Below are positions 13,001 to 29,449 of a stretch of DNA of 64,000 nucleotides, one piece after another; position 1 is the first letter of the stretch, and every line of letters starts with the position of its first letter. The position numbers and the translations under genes were made by a program. The DNA comes from the human T2T-CHM13v2.0 reference genome, Homo sapiens. The notes beneath the pieces are model-generated. The model was not told the origin of the DNA. It worked only from the letters and a program-made list of their open reading frames with translations, and ran no database searches. The DNA lies in assembly GCF_009914755.1 (NCBI RefSeq), contig NC_060928.1. One strand, given 5' to 3'.

Positions 13001-15590
13001 AGAACTGGTAACAATTTACAAAAAATATTCCAAAAAATTGAGGATGAAGGACTCCTCCACAACTCACTGTAGGAGGCTAGCATCATTCTGATATCAAAAC
13101 CTGGCAGAGACACACACAAAAAAATAGAAAACTTCAGGCCAATATCCCTGATGAAACGTAGATGCAAAATCCTCAACAAAATACAAGCAAATTCAATCCA
13201 GCAGCACATCAAATAGCTACTCTACCACAATCAAGTCAGCTTTATTCCTGGGATCCAAGGTCAGTTCAACATATACAAATCATTAATTGTGATTCATCAC
13301 ATAAAGAAAACAAACAAACAAAAAACCCATATAATCACCTCAATACACTCAGAAAAGGCTGTTGATAAAATTCAATACTCCTTTATGTTAAAAAATATAA
13401 ACCTCAATAAACTACACATCAAAGGAACATACATCAAAATAATAAGAGCCACCTATCACAAACCACAGCCAATACTGAACAGGCAAAAACTGGAAAAATT
13501 ACTCTTGAGAATCAGAACAAGACAAGGATACCCACTCTCACCACTCCTATTCAACATAGTACTAGATGTCTTAGCCAGAGCAATCAGGCAAGAGGAAGAA
13601 AGAAAAGGCATTGAAATATGAAGACACAAAGTCAAATAATATCTCTTCACTGAAAATGTGATATGACTCTACACCTAGAAAACCTCCTGTCTGTGCCCAA
13701 AATCTCCTACATTTAATAAACAGCTTCAGCAAAGTTTGTAGGATACAGAAATCGTTGTACAAAAATAAGTAGCATTTCTATACACCAATAACATCCAAGC
13801 TGAGAGCCAAATCAAGAATGTAATCCCATTCACAATAGGCACAAAAAGAAGAAAATACCTAAAAATACAGCTAACAAGGAAAGTGAAAGATCTCTATAAC
13901 GATAGCTATAAAATGTCACCGAAAGAAATCAGAAAAGACACAAACAAATGGAAAAACGTTCTACAACATGCATAGGAAAAATCAATATTGTACGAATGGC
14001 CATACTGCCCAAAGCAATTTACAGATTCAACACCATTTCTATCAAGCTACCAATGTCATTTTTCACAGATTTCTAAAACTCATATAGAGCCAAAAATTAG
14101 CCCAAATAGCCAAAGCAAGTCTAAGCAAAAATGACAAAGCTGGAGGCATCACACTACCCAACTTTAAACTCTACTGCAAGGCTACAGTAACCATAACAGC
14201 ATGGTACTTGTACAAAAACAGACACATAGACTAGTAGAAAAGAACAGAGAATGCAGAAATAATGCCACACACCCACAGCCATCTGATCTTCAACAAAGTC
14301 AACAAAAATAGGCAATGGGAAAAGTATTCCCTATTCAATAAATGGTGCTGGGATAACTGGCTAGCCATATGCAGAAGACTGAAACTAGACCCTTACATTT
14401 TATCATATACAAAAATAAACTCAAGATAGATTAAAGACTTAAATGCAAACCTAAAACTATAAAAACTCTAGAAGAAAACCTAGAAAATACCAATCTAAAC
14501 ACAGGCCCTGGCAAAGATTTCATGACAGATGCCAAAAGCAATTGTAACAAAAACAAAAATTGACAAGCAGGACCTAATTAAACTAAAGATTGTCTGCACA
14601 GCAAAAGAAACTATCAACAGAGTAAACAAAAAACCTAAAGAGTGGGAGAAAATATTTTCATGCTATGCATCCAGCAAAAGTCTAATATCAAGAATCTACA
14701 AGGAACTTAAACAAACTTACGAGCAAAAACCAAACAACCACTTTTAAAAATGGGCAAAAGACATGAACAGACATTTCTCAAAAGAAGACATACACATGGC
14801 CAATAAATATATAAAAGAATATTCAATATCACTAATCAGTACAGGAATGCAAATCAAAACCACAATGAGGTACCATTTCATACAAGTTAGAATGGCCATT
14901 TTTAAAAATTCAAAAAAGAACAGATGCTGGTGAGGCTGAGGAGAAAGGGAACACTTAATTACTGCTGGTGGGAATATAAATTAGTTCACACACTGTGAAA
15001 AGCAGTTTGGAAATTCCTCAAAGAACTAAGAGTTGAATTACCATTCAACCCAGCAATCCCATTACTGAATATATACCTAAAGAAATATTAATTGTTCTAC
15101 CATAAAGACACATGCACACATATTTTCATTGCAGCACTATTCACAATAGCAAAGACATGGAATCAATTTAGATGCCTATCAACAGTGGACTGGATAAAGA
15201 GAATGTGGTACATACACACTACGGAATACATACATCCATAAAAAAAGAACAAAACCATGTCCTCTGCAGCAACATGGATACAACTGGAGGCTATTATCCC
15301 AAGCAAATTAATAGAGGAACAGAAAACCAAATACTGAATGTTCTCACTTATAAGTGGGAGCTAATTACTGATTACACATGGACAAATAGAAGGGAACAAG
15401 ATACACTGGTATCTACTCGAGAGTGGAGGGTGTAAGGAGGGTGAGAATAAAAAAGCTTTTGGGTTACTATTCTCATTACTTGGGTATGAAATAATTTATA
15501 TATCAAACCCCAGTGAAATGCAATTTACCCATGTAACAAACCTGTGCATGTACCCTGTGAGCCTAAAATAAAAATATAAATAAATAAACT
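10058..15590 (+). mobile_element. Near-full-length inactive L1 (L1PA15/16-type): 5'UTR start, partial ORF1, disrupted ORF2, 3'UTR
   Basis: 5' caagatggttaactagacacagcc; ORF1 remnant QELKDEIAIFKRNEADLIELK near 10710; EN fragment 11617-11838 (NVSGLHAPLKRHRVASW..FQETH); RT fragment 13289-13621 ([15 protein letters not shown]); 3' end caaacctgtgcatgtaccctgtgagcctaaaataaaa; many stops and frameshifts. Confidence 0.92.
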
Positions 15591-15600
15591 TATCACTTGT

Positions 15601-15694
15601 AAATAATACCTATTATAGGTAATATGGGTATTATATTTTAAATAATACCTATTATAGGTAATATAGGTATTGTATTTCAAATAATACCTATTAT
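15601..15694. repeat. 39-bp tandem repeat (~2.4 copies) with internal palindromes
   Basis: Unit aaataatacctattataggtaatat(g/a)ggtatt(a/g)tattt(t/c) starting at 15601, 15640, 15679. Confidence 0.9.
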
Positions 15695-15768
15695 TTATAA
15701 GTGATAGAGAACTTATCACTTCTCTAGACAAGGAAAAATTTATAATTCTGAGACTAGAGAGCTTTCAT

Positions 15769-15995
15769 AAAGAAAATGTTAAGAAAATTATAAGAAAGGA
15801 AATATATTTACTAATCATTAAGTAGAAATGGATCATTATGTAGGTGTTTATCCTCATCATCTTTACATTAAATAGTCTACAGAGAAAGGAAGATGAAAGG
15901 TTAATGTTGCTATCTCAGGAGTGGCAAAGGTAGAAGAATATCTGCCTATATTTGGACCCACATAGTTCAAACTTCTGTTGTTCAAGAGTGAATTA
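15769..15995 (-). mobile_element. Tigger2a/MER28-type DNA transposon fragment
   Basis: atcattaagtagaaatggatcat...tctcaggagtggcaaagg...ggacccacatagttcaaac...ttgttcaagagt. Confidence 0.75.
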
Positions 15996-16549
15996 CATGT
16001 ATATTGGAGTTAAGGGGCAGGATACAGAACCATGAAAAATATTATTTCACTCCACATAAACCTTTTGTGATCATAAATAAAGCCTAATTGATTTGGCTAA
16101 CAAGGTTAGTGGCAGCATGAAAATTAGCATCTCTGCACCATTCTTCCAGTCTCTATTGTCAAATCATTATAATTTCATTTTTAAAAAGGAATTTTTTAAA
16201 TTTATAATTTATTTTAAAGAATTATATTTCTAATGTTTCTAAGGTACTAATTTAAGTTTCCTTCACTAAGTTTATACATAAGGAGAGTTAATGTTTCATG
16301 ACCAGAACTTGTATATGTCAATATATTAAGCTATTCTTTAACATCTTCTACAAGTATTTGCAGAACTCAGCTTTATAATTTTTAAGAGAGGGTGTACTTA
16401 TAACTTATGTTATTTTGAATCGATTACTTGATGCCAAATATAAAGCTGGCCAACATTACAAAATTGAAAGTCCACAGAAAATTAAAGCAACATAAATATA
16501 TCAGGAATATCTGCATTTAAAATAACTAAAGAAAGGAATTGGTCTCCTC

Positions 16550-16960
16550 TCCTTGTGTGGTTTGAAAAGCTGCTAATATGTCTGTCTCTTCCTTTATCCT
16601 CATAACCACAAGGCAAAACTCAACAGGATGTGGTTTTTCCGGTTGCTTTCTACTCCTGTAAAGGCCCACTGCTTCCATTCAAACACAAGCAATGGGGCCC
16701 TGATAAACACCAGCATCAAGAATAGGCAGATGTTCTGTGGAAATATTCTGTAACTTTCCCACGAAAGTGCAAGAATATCTGAGATGCACGAAGAAAACAT
16801 TTTGCCTCCATGGCTGACTGATTTAGTTGGGCATTTAGGTGGCCTTGGGTTAAAAGAAAATAGACTGAGAAAAAAGAATATGCTGTAGATTTTAATTATT
16901 CTTTTCCCAACCACACCATGAACAGCAACTATAAAAGTTTATCTTCTGATAAATCTTCCC
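16550..16960. promoter_or_regulatory. Candidate enhancer: four RUNX sites including an ETS:RUNX composite, plus GATA and E-box motifs
   Basis: TGTGGTT at 16556 and 16629; AACCACA at 16604 and 16909; ACAGGATGTGGT 16623-16634; no repeat recognised here; motif evidence only. Confidence 0.45.
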
Positions 16961-17544
16961 CTTTCATTGAAGTGTAAACCCAGCTTTAACAGCCACTGTG
17001 TTCTAAGCTACTGGTTCCAAATTGTTAAAAAGCAAAGAAAGTGCAGGCAAAGGCGCCAACACTTTACACATGATGTGCAACTTCTATGTTCCAAAAACTT
17101 TGCATTCGTGAAGAGCCATCCTCAAGTGGCTGGTAATGCTTAATAAACACAGGCTGAAAACACCTGTAACCCTCCTTTTGATGCTTCCTGTAACAATGTT
17201 GAAGTCCCTCTACAAGCACAGAGCCTAAAAATGAAAACTGCCATTAAAACTTGGGGCATAAGCAAAATCCAAAATTGAGTTAAAATGAGGCTAGCTAGAG
17301 TAAGCTGTTCTGTTTTCCTTTTCCATTCACGATGATAGATGTACATGATTCACTGATGTGACAGAATACACAGCTGGGAAACAATATGCCAAGGTCAGGA
17401 ACTCATTCAGTCATTCCACAAATTTTTGGAAAACTTGTAATGATATAAGGCTGAACAATATGAACCAGAAACACTATGCCAGTGGTGCAGCCTTAGAAAG
17501 ACAAAATTAACTAGTCCTCATGAGAATTTAATCTCACATTGTTA

Positions 17545-17826
17545 GGCCTGGCACGGTGGCTCACATCTGTAATCCTAAAACTTTGGGAGGCCGAGGCGGG
17601 TGGATCACTTGAGGTCAGGAGTTCGAGACCAGCCTGGCCAACATGGTAAAACCCCGTCTTTACTAAAGGTACAAAAATTAGCTGGGCATGGTGGTGGACG
17701 CCTGTAGTCCCAGCTACTTGGGAGGCTGAGGCAAGAGAATTGCTTGAGGTTGCCTTGAGCCGAGATTGAGCCACTGCACTCCAGCCTGGGCAACAGAGTG
17801 AGACTCCATCTAAAAAACAAAAAAAA
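17545..17826 (+). mobile_element. AluS (AluSz/Sx-like) with short right-arm deletion
   Basis: Dimeric Alu; gcttgaggttg lacks the acccgggaggcgg segment; TSD acattgtta at 17536-17544 and 17829-17837. Confidence 0.93.
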
Positions 17827-17954
17827 TTACATTGTTAATGTATAGTCAACTCAATCAGACACAGGTTGATATTAAACTAAAAAAAAATTAATGATAATCA
17901 CAATTACCACCATTTATTAAGGGATGACCATAAGCCAATTGTGCTAAATGAGAT

Positions 17955-17996
17955 AGATATATATGTATGTATATTTATATATATATATGTATATAT
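17955..17996. repeat. Imperfect (TA)n microsatellite
   Basis: agatatatatgtatgtatatttatatatatatatgtatatat. Confidence 0.85.
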
Positions 17997-18099
17997 TCTA
18001 ATTGAATCCTTATACAACTTTATTCTGCTTCCACATTAAACTATGTAACTCCACAATATCGCCCAGTCTCCCTTTTGACAAGATTAACATTCCCTATAT

Positions 18100-18361
18100 C
18101 AGGGGTTCCAAACCCCCAGGCCACAGATGTTCAAATCAGTGGTCGCATTAGATTCTCATAGGAGTATGAACCCTATTGTGAACTGCACATGAGAGGGATC
18201 CAGGCTGCACACTCCTTATTAGAATCTAACTAATGCCTGATGATCTCAGGTGGAGGAGTTTCATCCTGAAACCATCCCCTCCCCCACCCCGCAGCCCCGT
18301 TCATGGAAAAATTGTCTTCCATGACACCAGTCCCTGGTGTTGTAAAGGTTGGAGGCCACTG
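18100..18361 (+). mobile_element. MER1B-like (hAT-Charlie) MITE
   Basis: caggggttccaaacccc...ggttggaggccactg; gcattagattctcataggag; 8-bp TSD ccctatat/ccctatgt. Confidence 0.85.
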
Positions 18362-19393
18362 CCCTATGTAACCTTATCCTGTGATATGTCCCCTAATACC
18401 TCCTGGACATTCAAGCTGTCACACAGATGATTCCTGTTTGTTCTCCTGAGTCACCCATGAAGGGAGAATTCACACACTGAGGCTCATAGTCAGAGGACTG
18501 TCCACCAACTTCCCCAAGTAACTGGCATTGCTATTGCCACCTCCCATGAATACAGAGCAGGAGATGACTGGGAAGTAAAAGTTGTAATGGGATCTTGAAG
18601 TTGTACCCTGGTATAGAACGCTACATGTCACTGAATTACATTGAGTAAGAGGTATTTCTATTATGCCTAAATAAAAAAAAAATTAAAAATTAAAAAAGGA
18701 GGGGAAAGCCTATGTGAGCCGTAAAGAAAAGGAGGGCATCATACCAAGACAGATAAGATCCCAAAATGCAGTCCTGTGATGAGGAAGCACTTGATCTGGC
18801 CAATATAACTTGCCCAGCTAAATACTATGGCAATTCCTCAGACATGGGGGCTGCCAGAGCATCTCCCACTTGCACTAATCCACGTGCCTTTTTTCATGTA
18901 AGTCAGAGATTCAGTGACTGCTTACTGAAATCTAGAGAATCTGTAGAGGTTAGACACCAAACGAGGCTCCTCTTCTCACTGTCTTTGGTCCCCCACCTCT
19001 TGTGTCTGACATCACAGAAACCAGGAACTTGGTGCCACTGCTCATGGGGCACATATCCCAGCTCTGATGGCATGGGGGTGTGGGAGAGATTGAACAAATA
19101 GGGGAAGGCACAGATAAGGTTCAGAACAAGTTACTACACTCCCTCAAGAAACAAATGAAAGGTCATTTGGGACCATCCATAAAGCTGTCAGAATGGTCTT
19201 CTCAGATATACAAAATAATGGAGTCTTATAGATACAAAAAATTATAGAAAGTAGAAGGTGAGTAGGGGGGAGTCCTTTCCCCTTTGAGACTGTGAGAGTA
19301 TCACTCAGTGCCTCTCAAGGCTATGAACATTTGATCCTAGATAGCAGTCAACTCTTCACTTCTGTCACTCAGGCTTTGTCTCAAAACTCAGAG

Positions 19394-19604
19394 GAGTGGT
19401 TTTCAAACTGTACTCCAACGAGCTGTGAGGTTACAAGAAGGTGCCTCAAGCTTCCACCAGCAGCGATTTGGCTGGATAAGGTACTGAGACAGACAGTCTT
19501 TGAGCTTTCCATTTCTGTTCTCAACAAAGCAGCTACACTCTGTGTTGGGATTCCACATTTGGAAAAAAATGGTTTAACTGTTTAAGAATTTTTGAAAACC
19601 ATTG
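19394..19604 (+). mobile_element. MER103C-like hAT MITE
   Basis: TIRs gagtggttttcaaactg ... tttgaaaaccattg; internal aggtgcctca. Confidence 0.6.
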
Positions 19605-20239
19605 GCTTAGGGACAATGACATCAGTAAGATTTTTTAAAATGAAAATGTAAATCCCTTGACACACATTTTGTTAACGTGTTCTGCATATCATTTAGTACA
19701 ATGAGTCACACCAGCAATTCCCAAGTTCCCAAATTCCAAGTTCTTATTTATAAATCTCAAGACAGCTGTAGCTTTGTAGAGGTTATATAAATTTATTGGT
19801 TTGTAAGAAAAAGACAGAGAGAGAGGGAAAGAAAGAGAGAGAGAGAACCATTCCCCCTCCTCAGGAGATATGAAGTATGGGGAATACTCTCCACTTTGGG
19901 TAGCATGTCTTACAACAAAAATTGTGAGGCAGAGTGGGTGAGGGAAAGTGAGGGATGGTTTAAATGTTTAATGGCAGCCAGTGAGGGTTTGCTTTAGCAC
20001 ATAAACATAAGTTTTGAGTCCCTGCGGAGATATACTGTAAAAAGAGTAAAAGAGTTCATGCCAGTGCTGAGAGTAAAGGGAACTCTCCCAAGAATAGAAT
20101 TGTGGAGAACTATAGTGTGTGAGAATTAGATTTTGATTAACTGAAGGAAGAGAGGATTAAAGTTCAGAATTAGGAATAGCTAGTCGTTTGTGGGTAAAGG
20201 AGAGAGAATTAATCTAAAGTAGCAAAACTGATTGCAGCT

Positions 20240-20990
20240 GTATGAGTTGGGTTCACGCAGGATTACCTCAAGTAATGGGAGGTTTATTGTTAAGATCAAT
20301 TTTCACATGAGGACCACAGAAATCTCATGGGAATCCCAGAGCATAAGATGTCACAGAAACTAAAACACAATTGGGAGAGTGGAGGCTCAGGCAGAACTCT
20401 GGAGATTCAATAGGTTTTCTTATTACCTACTGTGAGGCAGGAGACTGTTGCTTCTCTGCCTGCATGGTATCGAGCTCTTATCTTTCTCTGTTCTCCTTTC
20501 ACAAACTGAAAACAACAGCACCCATTACTGTTAGCTTATTTCCTCATGGCTTCCTGTCCCACCACTTTTCTGAATGTCTTTATCAACTTCTGCTTCTATT
20601 GCCTAATCTCTTGGCCCTTATTTCCAGTTGAAATTCATAAGAGAAAGAGTCTAAATTTCCCAGCTAATCCTTTCTGGGAGCAGAATTTTCACTTGTCAAA
20701 TCATGTCATGGGTAAGCCTACACATTGCTCAGGTGCCCACCCTGGTACAGTTAGCTGTCAGTAAGGAACAGGGGAGTCATGTGGTATAGACCATAGTCAC
20801 CCCATCTCTGGAGTGACTTAAACTTCCTCCCCTGGCCGGGGCTTCAGGTGAGGTAATTTCCCTCAGACGGCTCAATATCTTGACCAAGCTGTCTAGTAGA
20901 GCAGTGATGGGAAACAAAGGGAAACAGGGAAATAGATGGAAAGAGATGAGAGGAGGGGAAAGAGAACGTATCCAGGGTGCTAAATAGACA
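20240..20990 (-). mobile_element. Very old MLT1 (K/L/N-type) LTR, approximate bounds
   Basis: tcaggtgcccaccctggtacagttagctgt...gagtcatgtggtatagac resembles antisense old MLT1. Confidence 0.4.
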
Positions 20991-21535
20991 GCACAAAGTG
21001 TAGGCACCACAGGACCTACATCAAGGTCGGGGAAAGAATCTATGTGCTCTGAGGAACATTTTTAAAAACAATCCTGAATCGGTGAGGAATGTAGCCATAA
21101 AGTCAGCTCATTAATTAATACACAGAAAAATAAATGATTGATTAATGGAGAGATGATAAATAGATAGATGATGAGCACAAAACTAAGATTTTATTTTTGT
21201 CCTAAGGAACAGCTAAATTCCTGGCAAATACTTCATCTTCATCAAGTAAAGTTACCTCCATTAGCAGTGCCTCATTAATTTAGCACTGAGGCCTGGGCAA
21301 AGCTTACCTCATGCATATATTAAATAAGAAAATAAATAAGGAAAACGGAGAAATCCATGTTAAAACATCAAGTTTTCAATGAAGAAATGTTTTGATAATA
21401 ATAAACAAATTCATTTGTGTAACTTTTAAGTTAAAGCTATGTTATGTTAAGTAGAAAAAAACATGTTTAGGAACTTTTTAAAAATCAAATAGATTAAGAG
21501 GGTATTTTCCTCATAAATCACATACAGTCTTCCTT

Positions 21536-21775
21536 GTGAAAGGGACTACCAGTTGGTTCTTAATATCCATCAACTTTCCCCTCTTTCTTTAGTGACAAGA
21601 ATTTAATTTTTGGATGAGCATGCTGCTGCCAAGCTATAAGATTATGGCTAATATGGTTTAATAATTAGATTTTAGTCAACAATATATAAATAGAAGTATT
21701 GTGTTCAACTTTCAGGAAGTATTCTTATTGGGAAAGTGACAGCCTTTTTTCTGTTTCATCCTTCCTGTTATGCAG
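21536..21775 (+). mobile_element. MLT1J-like LTR 5' fragment
   Basis: aatatccat...tctttctttagtgacaagaa...agaagtattgtgttcaactttcaggaagt. Confidence 0.5.
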
Positions 21776-21789
21776 CAATCACCAATAGT

Positions 21790-21960
21790 GTCAGGGAGCC
21801 CCAATATCATTTTCAGGTTTGATGATTAACAGTAGGACTCACAAGCTCCCAAAAAGCTTTTATACCCATTGTACAGTTTATTACAGCAAAAGGATGCAGA
21901 TTAGAATCAGCAAAGAGAAGAGGTGGATAGAGTGGAGTCTAGGAGATAACTAGGGACAAG
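21790..21960 (-). mobile_element. MER21-type LTR fragment
   Basis: caggtttgatgatt...ggactcaca...gtttattacagcaaaaggatgcagattagaatcagcaaag. Confidence 0.65.
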
Positions 21961-21962
21961 GT

Positions 21963-22118
21963 AGCTCTCTGGGGTGTCTTCTAAAGGGTGCTAATCCCAA
22001 TCATAAGGAGCCTGCCCTCATGACCTAATCACTCCAAAAGATCCCGTCTCCTAATACCTTGGGAGTTAGGTTTACAACAAAGGAATTTGGGGGGAACACA
22101 AATATTGAGACTATAACA
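21963..22118 (-). mobile_element. MLT1A0-like LTR 5' fragment
   Basis: gccctcatgacctaatcac...gaatttggggggaacacaaatattgagactataaca. Confidence 0.7.
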
Positions 22119-22534
22119 CTTATCTTAGCAGTTGCAGATGAACAATACAGACAGAACATTTCCTCTACAGAGTTATAGGGTAAGGAGCGTCATCCAGTAT
22201 GGAGTGGAAGCAGGGAGCACTTGGAAAAAACATTAAGTGGTTCATGCTCCAAGCCTGAGCTAAGCTACTTGGAAGCTATAAAATAAATTTGTGCAATAAA
22301 TTGGAGAAGAAACATCTTTCTCTAGTATTCCTTTCAGGAGAAGGATGGTATTCTTTTAAAAGAAACTCCTTGGGTGGTCCTTTGGGGATAGGAGCTTAGA
22401 CCCTGATGCACCCAGAAATTTTCTGCCTGAAACAGAAAGAAGCATTTGTTGTTCCAGGAAAAAAGAAATAAGAAACGAAAGTGTGGAAAGTGGTGCCATG
22501 AGATGACTGAGGACCACAAACTCCAAAATGAGAC

Positions 22535-25942
<3,408 letters not shown>

Positions 25943-26049
25943 ATTTCAGATAATAACAAACTGGGAGAAAGAAGGGAGAAGCACACCACCTGTTTTCCAA
26001 AAAAATGATTGAAATAAATAAATAAATAGATAAATAACAATCAATTAGT

Positions 26050-26719
<670 letters not shown>

Positions 26720-26892
26720 GTGGAGAGTTATAGTTATGTAGACAGAGAGCCTCCTCCCATTTCTGTCTTTTCCTGGGGAGCTGAGAGTAAAGCCTCCTTT
26801 TTCCAAAGGAGAAGTTTGGAAGGGTGAAGTGGTATTAACTGGTGTCTGCTTCCTGAGACCCTCCATCCTAGGGTTTTTTCCCACAATTCATC

Positions 26893-27330
26893 TGTACCAG
26901 TTATCTATTGCTGCTGTCACAAATCACCACACACTTGTGGCCTAAACAACGAAATGTATTATCTTACAGTTCTGTAGGTCCTAAGTTTGGTTCTGGTCTC
27001 AATGGTGTCAGATCAAGGTGTGGGCAGGGCTGCATTCATTTCTGAAGGCTTTAGGGAAGAATCAATTTATTTGCCTTTCCCAGCTTCTAGAGGCGGCCTG
27101 CATCCCTTGACTCATGGGCCCCTCTTCCATCTTCAAAACTAGCTACTTTGGGTTCAAAACTAGCTACTTGTGCTGTTTTTCCCATAGTTGTTTCCATCCA
27201 TGAAAGGTTCTCTGCTTTTACAAACTCAAGTGATTAGACTGGGTTCACTTGGATAATCTAGGCTAATTTCCCCATCTCAAGATCCATCACCTTCATCACA
27301 TCTGCAAAATTCATGTAAAGTAACATATTT
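26893..27330 (-). mobile_element. MLT1D-like LTR
   Basis: tgtaccagttatctattgctgctg...cttacagttctgtaggtc...gcctttcccagcttctagagg...ggataatctaggctaat...cacatctgcaaaat. Confidence 0.75.
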
Positions 27331-28649
27331 AGCCTGATCCCTGGTTTTATGTCCTAAGCCAAGCCACCATTTATGAAAACAGGCCATAGGATTTTAAGTA
27401 TAGCTGTTCAAAATCATTCAATCAAACCATTTTTTCATAGTATGATGCTGTTAATCTTTTAATGACAAGTCAGCACACAAGAGCATTGGTTTGTACAACT
27501 GCATAATTTGTAACTCGTGAAAAATGTAACTTGCTCTTTGGTTATTACTATAGTTTTTTGACTCTAAATGCCTTGAAGTTGTATGAAGCAGAATCTAATT
27601 ATCCATCCTGCTTCAGTTGGAGTTCATTTCTGCCAGATCTTTTAAAATAGAGAAACCAAAAGCTCTAAGGCATAAAAATTTCCTTGGCATTCAGAAATTT
27701 ATGTCTAGACTGCTTTCTCTTAAATTCATTAGATTATATTCCTAATTCCACAAGTATGATTCCATATTATACACAAACATAACATGTGTACCAATAAATA
27801 ATGGTGATGTTCCTTATGTCTGAATAAACTTCAATAAATAAGAATATTAAAACAAAGGGGAGATAAGTGTAAGAAAAATATTTTTCTTTGAATTTAATTC
27901 AAAGATTATCATATTAACTTTCAAAAATTATTACAATAATGAATATTAACTGCAAAGATACATTCAGAAAAATACCTACTACTGCTTCTGATTTAATAGA
28001 ATAAAAATATACATATTATTTTCTCTTTTCCTGCAGTCCTGCTGAAATATCAGAAAAATATGTAAGAAATATATGCAGGAGAGGCTATTGCAAAGATGAC
28101 AGCTTGTCTGTCCAGTGACTCCCCAGAGGAATGCCAAGCTTGTTATTCACTAGGGCAGGGAGAAAACATGGACCACGGGATGATAAAAAGGGACCACAGT
28201 AGAGCTGCTCAGAATATTTCCAGATGCCATAATTAGAGTGCTGTCCAATTGCCCCTAAATCCTCCCACTCCCCTTCACAGGAGCCACAAGGATCTGGTTC
28301 TTTTATTTCCAGGTTGCAGATCCAGGATGTCACAAGCCATGAAAGAAAATGGTAATTTTAATATTCCTTGAAAACCATCCCTTTGTCTAGATTTTCATAT
28401 TTACTGTATAGAATTATACCTAGCACTCACTGGTAAAATTTTTAACACTTTTGTTTGAAGTTGATATATTTGCTTTGACATTTATATGTTCTTAATTTAT
28501 ATTTTCCTCTCTGCTTCTTTGGTGAGACTAGCCAGTTTGCTTTTCCTTAGAATATTCAGAGAATCAACCTTGATATAATTGATCACAAAGTCTTTTTGAT
28601 TTAATCCACTAAGTAGTTCTCAAAAACTTTCATTTCATACTCATCATTA

Positions 28650-29355
28650 TCAGGCTTGGCCAAGCTACCATCATCCTTTGCATGGCGACTATGAAAGCCC
28701 CTAACAGCGCTGCTGACATTCTCTCCCTAACCCTCCTCCAACCCATATTCCACACTGCAGGCAAAGTGACCAGCACAATAACCCAAATTTTACTCCTTCT
28801 CCATCCCTGCTTAAACATTTCAGTGACTTCCGATTATGTACCCATAGGAAAAAAAGCAAAACTCTAAGATGGCACGCATATGAAGTTCTGCCCAGTCAGC
28901 ATCACACTGACCTATGATCTCCAACCTTTTCTCACCTCATGTTCCCCACTTGTTCTCTCTGTTTCATCCACACTGGATTCCCTTCAGTTACTGCCGTATC
29001 CATTGGGCCTTCTGCCTTAAACAGTCAACCCTGCTCTCTTTGGTTAGATAATGCCTACTCTTCCTTCAGATCACAACACAAATATTTTTCCTCAGAGGAA
29101 TCTTTACTAATCTCTCTTACACGACCAAAGCCCCTAAAATAGTCTTTCTTGGTGCCATGTGCTGTAAATGTAATCATGGAGGTTTTACATTATTTAGTGA
29201 GATGGCTTATTCCTGTCTCTCTGCCTCACTAGAAGGGAAGATCTATGAGAACAGGCTCCTGCTCACTGGGCTCCCACTTTATCTCTGGTACTTAGTAGAG
29301 GACTTGGCACATAGTAGACACTCAATAAATTTTTGTTAAATTAACTAAATTAATG
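28650..29355 (+). mobile_element. L2 LINE 3' part
   Basis: ccaagctaccatcatc, tccacactgcag, tcctgtctctctgcctcactaga, ggcacatagtagacactcaataaatttttgttaaat. Confidence 0.75.
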
Positions 29356-29449
29356 ATATTGACAAATCTATGAAATTTTATGATAAAATGGCATAGTATG
29401 GATGGTGAACCTTCTGAATTTGAAAATAAGTGTTTAAGTCCTTTAATTA

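Noticed and set aside
11617-15435. ORFs with endonuclease and reverse-transcriptase motifs (also 22932-25538)
   Set aside because: Fragments of decayed L1 ORF2 broken by stops and frameshifts; not functional genes or a new RT system.
18766-19101. 111-aa + strand ORF
   Set aside because: No recognisable homology, promoter or splice support.
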